Shown here in pieces: positions 1 through 6,268 of a stretch of DNA of 11,980 nucleotides. Every line of letters starts with the position of its first letter. The first letter of the stretch is position 1. Made by a program: the position numbers and the translations under genes. Source of the DNA: Anaerohalosphaeraceae bacterium. Its GTDB lineage: Bacteria > Planctomycetota > Phycisphaerae > Sedimentisphaerales > Anaerohalosphaeraceae. The stretch lies in assembly GCA_963675525.2 (NCBI GenBank), contig CAXXSL010000017.1:1-11980 (forward strand), in the 5' to 3' direction. The notes beneath the pieces are model-generated. The model was given only the letters and a program-made list of their open reading frames with translations, was not told the origin of the DNA and made no database searches.

Positions 1-2
1 TA

Positions 3-497
3 AATCAAAGCGTGTTGGGAATGGCCCAATCTTACAAGAAATACTTCCAAGATTATTTAACGAATCTTCCAGCTGAAACAACTCGAGTTTACAGATATGA
101 AGATGTCATTTTCAAAAAAATGGAATGGCTTAAGGATATGTTATTGTATTTAGATATTGAGGTATCTATTTCAAACATTACAGAGATTGCAAATAGATAT
201 GATATCCGTCCAGACAAAGAAAATCCACATAAACACATCAGGCAGATTGTTCCAGGTAACTATAAAACCCACCTGACTCCTGATACAATTAACGAAATTA
301 ACCGTATTTTTAAACCGATCATGCATTATTTTCAATACGATTCAGTTATGAGCATGACACTGAATCCAGAGGCAAATATAAAAAAAATGATAGGACCGGA
401 TAACTTTCCTGTAAATGGGATAAAAACAGTGAGTCAGACTAATTCCTGGAGCCTCACACGACCGCTACGACAACTGATATCTTCTTTCAAAAAGTAA
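3..497 (+). CDS. Partial (5'-truncated) sulfotransferase-like protein, C-terminal part
   Basis: The frame is open from position 3 (aat caa agc gtg), so the true start lies upstream of the window. 'VYRYEDV' and 'HIRQIVPGNYKTHLTPDTINEINRIF' resemble the 'vrYEdl' and 'R-kG-x-G-dw-k-x-lt' C-terminal elements of PAPS-dependent sulfotransferases. It ends with SWSLTRPLR and lies directly upstream of wzm. Confidence 0.6.
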   Translation, partial: NQSVLGMAQSYKKYFQDYLTNLPAETTRVYRYEDVIFKKMEWLKDMLLYLDIEVSISNITEIANRYDIRPDKENPHKHIRQIVPGNYKTHLTPDTINEINRIFKPIMHYFQYDSVMSMTLNPEANIKKMIGPDNFPVNGIKTVSQTNSWSLTRPLRQLISSFKK

Positions 498-503
498 CGG
501 AGT

Positions 504-1277
504 ATGATTTTGTTAGGAACAAGGGACTATCTTCAATTAATTCAAATAAAAGTTGCTGGAAATCTAAAGGCCGAATCTTCTCGTGATTATCTCGGTTATC
601 TTTGGTGGCTGATTGAACCGGTTTTTAAGATGTTGGCCTATTATTTTGTTTTTGGGATGTTGTTATCCAGAGGAACGGAAGATTATGTTGCATTTCTGAT
701 GACCGGACTGATACCTTGGCTTTGGTTTGCTCAAACTGTAAGCCGAAGTTCGATGAGTATTGTTTCTGGAAAGGCTTTGATGATGCAGGTTTACATCCCT
801 AAGATAATCTTGCCAACAATTGTCATTTGCCAGGATGCAGTCAAGCAAATCATTATTTTTTTCTCATTGCTGTTATTCCTTTACTTTTATGGCATATCAC
901 CCTCACCTCACTGGCTATCACTTCCTGTGCTTGCTTCAACGCAGTTAGTTGTCATCATGGCCTGTTCCTACTTTGTAGCCTCAATCGTTCCATTTATGAA
1001 TGATTTTAACTATATAGTGAGTACCGGTTTGCAATTAATGTTTTTTTGCTCAGGGGTCTTTTACAGCCTGGATATTATCCCGCCCCGGTTTCAACAATTG
1101 CTTATTCTCAACCCAATGGCGTCACTATTGTACAACTACCGGCGGGCGCTTATTTACCATCAGTGGCCGGATTGGTCGGATCTGTGTTTAATTACATTAG
1201 GTTCACTTTTGGCTGTTTTAGTTATGTGGCGCGTTATAAAGCGCTTGGATCATATTTACCCAAGAGTTATTTTATGA
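504..1277 (+). CDS. wzm: ABC-2 type polysaccharide export permease (Wzm/RfbA/KpsM/TagG family)
   Basis: 257 aa with several hydrophobic segments and family motifs 'LGYLWWLIEP', 'FLMTGLIPWLWF', 'FFCSGVFY' and 'LNPMASLLYNYRRAL'. GGAG RBS at 499-502. The stop overlaps the wzt start (ATGA, 1274-1277). Confidence 0.93.
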   Translation: MILLGTRDYLQLIQIKVAGNLKAESSRDYLGYLWWLIEPVFKMLAYYFVFGMLLSRGTEDYVAFLMTGLIPWLWFAQTVSRSSMSIVSGKALMMQVYIPKIILPTIVICQDAVKQIIIFFSLLLFLYFYGISPSPHWLSLPVLASTQLVVIMACSYFVASIVPFMNDFNYIVSTGLQLMFFCSGVFYSLDIIPPRFQQLLILNPMASLLYNYRRALIYHQWPDWSDLCLITLGSLLAVLVMWRVIKRLDHIYPRVIL

Positions 1278-1978
1278 GTGGAGATTTGCTGATCGCGCTG
1301 CAAAACGTCGGTGTTCGCTTCAAATTCAGGCGTTCCCTTTTCAACGGCGACTATTTTGATGCTCTCAAGGATGTCTCCTGCGATATCTGCCGCGGCGATT
1401 CATTAGGTGTGATCGGCCGCAACGGTGCGGGCAAAACGACCTTGCTAAGATTGATTGGAGGCATTATAAAGCCTGACCGCGGGGTGATAGTGAACAACAA
1501 TGTGTCCACTACCCTGCTGGCCATGCAGATCGGTTTCGACCAGGAGCTGACAGGGCGGGCAAATGCTCTGGTAAGCGGCATGTTGCTGGGGTTCAGTAAG
1601 AAGCAAGTTTTGGCCAACATGGAGAAAGTTATCGATTTCGCGGAGTTGCATGATTTTATCGACCGACCTACGCGAACATATTCAGCAGGGATGAAAGCCC
1701 GGCTGGGTTTTTCCATCGCCCTGGAAATGAGCCCGGACGTGCTGCTGATCGACGAGGTCCTGGGGGTTGGCGATGCAAAATTCCAAAAGAAATCCATGGC
1801 AGTGATGAAAGAAAAATTGCTTTCCGATCAGACGATCGTTTTTGTTTCCCACAGCGCTGCAATGGTAAAATCGTTGTGCAACAAAGCGATTTGGATAGAA
1901 AATGGGTTCACTGTGATGCAGGGTGACTCAGCCGAGGTTGTCGGCGCTTACGAACAATCTATGAATGATAATGGATAA
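1274..1978 (+). CDS. wzt: Polysaccharide ABC exporter ATP-binding subunit (Wzt/RfbB/KpsT/TagH family), 234 aa, no C-terminal carbohydrate-binding domain
   Basis: Walker A GRNGAGKTT, signature YSAGMKARL, Walker B VLLIDE, H-loop VSH. Start reassigned from 1046 (ORF track) to ATG 1274, which is translationally coupled to the wzm stop. Confidence 0.93.
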   Translation: MSGDLLIALQNVGVRFKFRRSLFNGDYFDALKDVSCDICRGDSLGVIGRNGAGKTTLLRLIGGIIKPDRGVIVNNNVSTTLLAMQIGFDQELTGRANALVSGMLLGFSKKQVLANMEKVIDFAELHDFIDRPTRTYSAGMKARLGFSIALEMSPDVLLIDEVLGVGDAKFQKKSMAVMKEKLLSDQTIVFVSHSAAMVKSLCNKAIWIENGFTVMQGDSAEVVGAYEQSMNDNG

Positions 1979-2025
1979 TTCCAATTTAAACTATTACTTT
2001 GGCACCAGGAACAGGCCCTTTCAAT

Positions 2026-3265
2026 TTGAAAGTACTACAAGTATATAAAGATTATTATCCGCCTGTTAAAGGCGGCATTGAAAAGCACGTCAATATCCTC
2101 TCAAAAGGATTGATCAAGAGGGGCGTCGATGATTTGAGTTCGAGTCCTTGTATCCAATACAAAATATAAGCTCGAAGAAGAAAGACACGAAAACATCCCT
2201 GTTTACAAGGCCCCCCAGGTCGGCAGGTTCTACTCTGCGCCGTTGACACCGACATTTTTTTACCATTTACGAAGGCTTGGAAAAGATGCAGATATACTGC
2301 ACTTCCACCACCCAAATCCGACAGCCGAGTTTTCATATCGATTTTTTACAGGGCTGAAAAAAAAAGTTATTGTGACCTATCATAGCGATATTATCCGGCA
2401 AGACAGGCTCGGTAAAATTTATTCACCATTCAGAAAACTGAAGTGAGTGTTTGGTGCCCTATTATTACCATAATACACATGTTTCTGGAAATGGCCGACG
2501 GAATCATTGCCACATCATCCCCAATTATATTCAGACTTCAAGAGCACTGCATCCGTTTACTCTGCGCCGTTGACACCGACATTTTTTTACCATTTACGAA
2601 GGCTTGGAAAAGATGCAGATAAGTCAAAATGCACGGTCATTCCTTTAGGCATTGATCTGCAAAGATTCCAATCCAACGGAGACGGGCAAAGAATTCAACA
2701 AATACGGGCGGAGAATGAAAACATACCGATCATTCTGTTTGTCGGATGCTTTCGATATTACAAAGGGCTCCACGTTTTGCTGTCTGCAATGGAAGATGCG
2801 GATGCGAAATTGATTTTAATCGGCACCGGCCCGGAAGAAGCCATGCTTAAATCCATGGTTTCCGGCAACAAAAAATTATCTGAAAAAATTGAATTCTTGG
2901 GTGAATTGTCGGATGAAGAAGTGACTGTTTATTACAAAGCTTGTGATTTTTTTGTGCTTCCGTCGCACTTGAGAAGCGAGGCCTTCGGCATGGTCCAGCT
3001 TGAAGCCATGTGCTGTAAGAAATCCATAATTTGCACGGAATTGGGCACCGGAACAACCTACGTGAATATCCACGATAAAACCGGTGTTAATGTTAGACCG
3101 AATGACGCGTCTTCTTTGAAGAATGCGATCCAGTATTTAATCGACCATCCTGAAACCCGGACGGAGTATGGATTATGTGGATATTCTCGAGTGAAATCAC
3201 ATTTCGATGGCGAGATAATGGTTGAAGAAACACTAAAATATTATCGTGAAGCACTTTCCAGATGA
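2026..3265 (+). pseudogene. GT4-family (GT-B fold) glycosyltransferase, frameshifted by four insertions
   Basis: TTG 2026 gives MKVLQVYKDYYPPVKGGIEKHV, a typical GT4 N-terminus. Homologous segments continue in changing frames: VRVLVSNT...DILHFHHPNP...VTYHSDIIRQ (2138-2440), FLEMADGIIATS (2482-2517), PNYIQTSRALHPF (2520-2558), and KSKCTVIPLGID...ILFVG..RYYKG...EAFGMVQLEAM (2621-3265, with the EX7E motif). Removing inferred insertions of 7, 41, 2 and 62 nt gives a 375-aa ORF. Confidence 0.88.
2231..2621 (+). repeat. Exact 64-bp dispersed direct repeat (2231-2294 and 2558-2621)
   Basis: tactctgcgccgttgacaccgacatttttttaccatttacgaaggcttggaaaagatgcagata occurs twice, offset by 327 nt. YSAPLTPTFFYHLRRLGKDAD is encoded by both copies. 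Confidence 0.97.
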
Positions 3266-3287
3266 AAGAGCTATAACGGAAAGTACC

Positions 3288-3612
3288 TTCAATTCGACCG
3301 GAGGCGTTGCCCTTAGTAGGGAGTCAGAATATTTGACTAAATTAGGCGTTTCGCCTTTTTCTGAAAATAGACGAACACCATGATTTCAGTAGCTTGTTTA
3401 TAGTTTTCCATCTCAAAAGGCGAAACCGCTTCGGGATTGCCGATCTCACCGCATATTCGGTGTTAGCCGCTACGGCGCATAGCCGACTATAGCGCCGCAG
3501 CAGCTGCCTTGAATCTGCGGCAAGCTCGACAATCGCCTATTTTAGGTTTGACTCAGGAATAGAGGAATTTTTCACATAGGATTGACAGACAAGCCGGGAT
3601 GGTCGAATTAAA
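3288..3612. repeat. Nested inverted-repeat element (MITE/REP-like or structured RNA)
   Basis: Outer IR aattcgacc 3291-3299 / ggtcgaatt 3601-3609. Second IR ctaaattaggcg 3337-3348 / cgcctattttag 3534-3545 (11/12). Perfect 12-bp IR gtttcgcctttt 3348-3359 / aaaaggcgaaac 3415-3426. A ~100-nt imperfect hairpin spans 3435-3534. Confidence 0.65.
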
Positions 3613-3613
3613 T

Positions 3614-3642
3614 AAGCCTCGTTTCAGGGGCTTTTTTATTTT
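3614..3642 (+). terminator. Rho-independent terminator for + strand transcription (possibly bidirectional)
   Basis: Stem aagcctc 3614-3620 / ggggctt 3627-3633 (one G-U pair), loop gtttca, followed by ttttatttt and preceded by an A-rich run. Confidence 0.7.
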
Positions 3643-3644
3643 GA

Positions 3645-3675
3645 TAAGAAAGGGCGGAGGAGTTAGCGGCTCAAT
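3645..3675 (-). terminator. Left half of a hairpin (probable - strand terminator) split by IS66; the other arm is at 6068-6081
   Basis: The reconstructed empty site reads gggcgga-g-gagtt-agc-ggctc-aa-tccgccc. On the - strand the 7-bp GC stem is followed by TTTCTTAT. Confidence 0.5.
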
Positions 3676-3751
3676 GTAAGCGGCCATTTAACCCCATCTT
3701 CACAAGCTCGGCAAGGCATGGCATATACTCCTTCTAAAAGGAGGAGATCAT

Positions 3752-4078
3752 ATGCCGGAAGATTCCCATCAGCTTGATTCCCGGGAAAGACGCAGTTTCT
3801 GGGAGAACCACATCGAACAATGGAGAATAAGCGGGCTGAGCCAGGCCGCATACTGTCGCAGACACCGACTCAAAGCCCATCGCTTTTATTATTGGAGGCG
3901 ACGGTTGTCGGCTTCACAAGACGGGGTCTCTTTTTTGCCGGTGGCGCTTTCTTCATCATTGGTGCAAAATCATACGATGATTCGTATCCATACCCCCAAC
4001 GGATTCATCATCGAAATTGACGACGCCAACGGGTCTTTCAAGATCGAGCCGCTCATCACCGGGGTGGCCGCTTTATGA
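3752..4078 (+). CDS. tnpA: IS66 accessory protein TnpA
   Basis: 'WENHIEQWRISGLSQAAYCRRHRLKAHRFYYWRRRL' HTH plus 'FLPV', typical of IS66 TnpA. Strong AGGAGG RBS just upstream. ATGA overlap with tnpB. Confidence 0.92.
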   Translation: MPEDSHQLDSRERRSFWENHIEQWRISGLSQAAYCRRHRLKAHRFYYWRRRLSASQDGVSFLPVALSSSLVQNHTMIRIHTPNGFIIEIDDANGSFKIEPLITGVAAL

Positions 4079-4422
4079 TGTTCGCCGTCAATCCCAAACG
4101 GGTCTTTCTGGCTGCAGGCAGCACCGACATGCGCAAATCGATCAACGGGCTGTCTATCCTGGTGGAGCGGGCCATGGATCTGGACCCTTTTGCCGGGGAT
4201 CTGTTCGTTTTCTGCAACCGGCGGCGCAATATGATAAAAATTTTGTACTGGGACAGCAACGGATTCGCCCTATGGCACAAACGTCTGGAGAAGCACCGAT
4301 TCCGCTGGCCGACAGGTGCCGAACGGGTCGTATCGTTGGGTGCGAAAGAGCTGGAATGGCTTCTCGCCGGGTTGGATTATTCGCACGCTCATGAGCAATT
4401 ACGTTACCGTTTCACCAGTTGA
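4075..4422 (+). CDS. tnpB: IS66 accessory protein TnpB (Orf2)
   Basis: 'TDMRKSINGL', 'LFVFCNRRRNMIKILYWDSNGFALWHKRLE' and 'RFRWP' are hallmark IS66 TnpB motifs. Confidence 0.96.
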   Translation: MMFAVNPKRVFLAAGSTDMRKSINGLSILVERAMDLDPFAGDLFVFCNRRRNMIKILYWDSNGFALWHKRLEKHRFRWPTGAERVVSLGAKELEWLLAGLDYSHAHEQLRYRFTS

Positions 4423-4484
4423 CACTTCGTTCTCATAAGAAAATAAATATATACAAATCCAGCATGTTATGATATGTAACGGGC

Positions 4485-6059
4485 ATGGTTTCGGAATCGA
4501 ATCAACTGCCCGACGACGCCGCATCGCTTAAGAAAATTATCTTCTCTTTGCAGCAGCAGAACGATCATTTGCAGGAGATGGTGCGCCTGCTTCAAAACGA
4601 GATTTTCGGTCGTAAAAGCGAAGTCCGTCCGGTGATTGATCCAAACCAGTTGCAGTTGTTCACGCCGACCGAAACGGTCGAGCCCATCCAACCTGACGAG
4701 TCTATCGCCATCAAAGGGCATACCCGTAAGAAACGGGGACGTAAGCCGCTGCCCGAGGACCTGCCCCGGATTGAGGTCGTCCACGACCTGCCGGAGGATG
4801 AAAAGCAGTGTGCCTGCGGGGCAGCGTTGAGCCGCATCGGCGAAGAGGTCTGCGAGAAGCTCGATTACATACCTGCCAAAATGCGGGTGATCCGCCATAT
4901 CCGCCCCAAATACGCCTGTAAAAGCTGTGAAGGCGTTGAAGACGATGGTCCGACCGTCCGGATCGCACCGCCAGCCGAACAGCTGATTCCTAAAAGTATC
5001 GCCACCGAGGGACTGCTGGCCCACATCGCCGTTTCCAAGTTTGCCGATGCCCTGCCGCTCTACCGCCAGCAAAAGATCTTCGGCCGGTTGGGCGTCGATA
5101 TTTCCCGGTCAACCCTGGCCAATTGGATGATTCAGGCCGCCGAGCGTTGCGGGCCGCTCATCGAACTGATGGAAAAAGAAATTCGCGGTGGCCCGGTGAT
5201 CAACATCGATGAAAGTCCGCTGCAGGTACTCAACGAACCGGGCCGACCAAATACCACCAAATCCTACATGTGGGTATTTCGCGCAGGCGCAGTTGATCGG
5301 CCGGTCGTCCTGTTCCGCTATCATCCCACGCGCAGCGGAGAGATTGCGCTGAAGATTTTGGACGGCTATCAAGGCTATATCCAAAGTGACGGCTACGCCG
5401 GTTATGATCATCTGTCCGGAAAGCCAGGTATCGTCCTGCTGGGTTGCATGGTGCATGCGCGGCGCAAGTTTATGGCCGTGGTCAAAGTCCGTAAGAAGGC
5501 GCGAGGCAAGAAGGCTGTGACCAAAGGCCTGGCCGACGAGGCGCTGGACTATATCAAGGAACTATACCAGATCGAGAAATACGCTCGGCAAAATGAATTG
5601 ACCTTCGAGCAGATCAGGAAACTACGACAGGAAAAATCCAAACCGATACTGGACCGCTTCAAGATCTGGCTGGATACCTACCAGCCCCAGGTTCCCCCGA
5701 AAAGCTTGTTGGGAAAAGCGATTCAGTATGCCCTGAACCAATGGGAGAGGCTGATTGTCTATATCGAAGCCGGCTTTCTGAAACCGGATAACAATGTTGC
5801 CGAAAATGCCATTCGCCCATTCGTACTGGGTCGCAAGAACTGGCTGTTTGCCGGTGGACCGAACGGCGCCGAGGCCAGCGCCACATTCTTCAGTCTGATC
5901 GAAACGGCCAAGGCCAATGACCTTGAGCCTTATGCCTACCTGCGTTACCTGTTCACCAAGATCCCTTCAGCCCAAAATGAAGCCGATTTTCTCGATCTGC
6001 TTCCCAATAGAATCGACAAGGCCATTATCGACGCTGCCGCAACGCGTGTGGTTGAGTAG
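4485..6059 (+). CDS. tnpC: IS66 DDE transposase TnpC
   Basis: N-terminal leucine zipper then 'FGRKSE', zinc-finger Cys pairs (CACG...CKSC), 'LPLYRQ', 'IDESP', 'SDGYAGY', 'CMVHARRKF', 'DNNVAENAIRP..LGRKNWLF' and 'SLIETAKAN..EPYAYL'. Intact 524 aa, with the stop inside the right IR. Confidence 0.97.
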   Translation: MVSESNQLPDDAASLKKIIFSLQQQNDHLQEMVRLLQNEIFGRKSEVRPVIDPNQLQLFTPTETVEPIQPDESIAIKGHTRKKRGRKPLPEDLPRIEVVHDLPEDEKQCACGAALSRIGEEVCEKLDYIPAKMRVIRHIRPKYACKSCEGVEDDGPTVRIAPPAEQLIPKSIATEGLLAHIAVSKFADALPLYRQQKIFGRLGVDISRSTLANWMIQAAERCGPLIELMEKEIRGGPVINIDESPLQVLNEPGRPNTTKSYMWVFRAGAVDRPVVLFRYHPTRSGEIALKILDGYQGYIQSDGYAGYDHLSGKPGIVLLGCMVHARRKFMAVVKVRKKARGKKAVTKGLADEALDYIKELYQIEKYARQNELTFEQIRKLRQEKSKPILDRFKIWLDTYQPQVPPKSLLGKAIQYALNQWERLIVYIEAGFLKPDNNVAENAIRPFVLGRKNWLFAGGPNGAEASATFFSLIETAKANDLEPYAYLRYLFTKIPSAQNEADFLDLLPNRIDKAIIDAAATRVVE

Positions 6060-6268
6060 ACGCTTACGGCTCAATCCGCCCCAAAACACCGGGATCAGGA
6101 GATCCCTATCAAGCATACGACCCTAAGATAATCTGTGTACCCGTCAACCTCAAGCAGCTTTTCGAAGGCCAACGAAATTATCCTTGGCCTCCCCGCTTCC
6201 TTACATCTCCCCTTCTCCCCGTCTTATTTTAATACCCATTTGCAGCATTAAGGCGATTATTTAAAACT

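Larger units (their letters stand above)
3676..6067 (+). mobile_element. Complete IS66-family insertion sequence (2392 bp)
   Basis: Left end GTAAGCGGCCATTTAACC (3676-3693). The right end 6050-6067 reverse-complements to GTAAGCGTCTACTCAACC (14/18 match, canonical IS66 GTAA terminus). 8-bp target-site duplication GGCTCAAT at 3668-3675 and 6068-6075. tnpA-tnpB-tnpC gene order. Confidence 0.97.

Noticed and set aside
1046..1273. 76-aa N-terminal extension of Wzt in the ORF track
   Set aside because: It overlaps wzm out of frame and has no family resemblance. ATG 1274 in an ATGA overlap is the natural start.
2231..2621. 64-bp repeat pair as a DGR template/variable repeat or a CRISPR remnant
   Set aside because: The copies are identical (no adenine-specific mismatches), there are only two, they are 327 nt apart, and no reverse transcriptase or cas gene is in the window.
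2243..3265. The 67-aa and 252-aa ORFs as independent genes
   Set aside because: They are fragments of one frameshifted GT4 gene. The start of the 252-aa ORF is out-of-frame sequence plus the duplicated segment.
3663..6126. Alternative-frame and antisense ORFs within IS66 (e.g. 4467-5072, 4017-4394, 5109-5456)
   Set aside because: They are shadows of tnpA/B/C in GC-rich sequence, with no recognisable motifs, so no passenger gene is supported.
6186..6222. Pyrimidine-rich tract with CCCC runs (possible G-quadruplex on the - strand)
   Set aside because: There are only three four-G runs with an irregular long loop, which is too weak to support.
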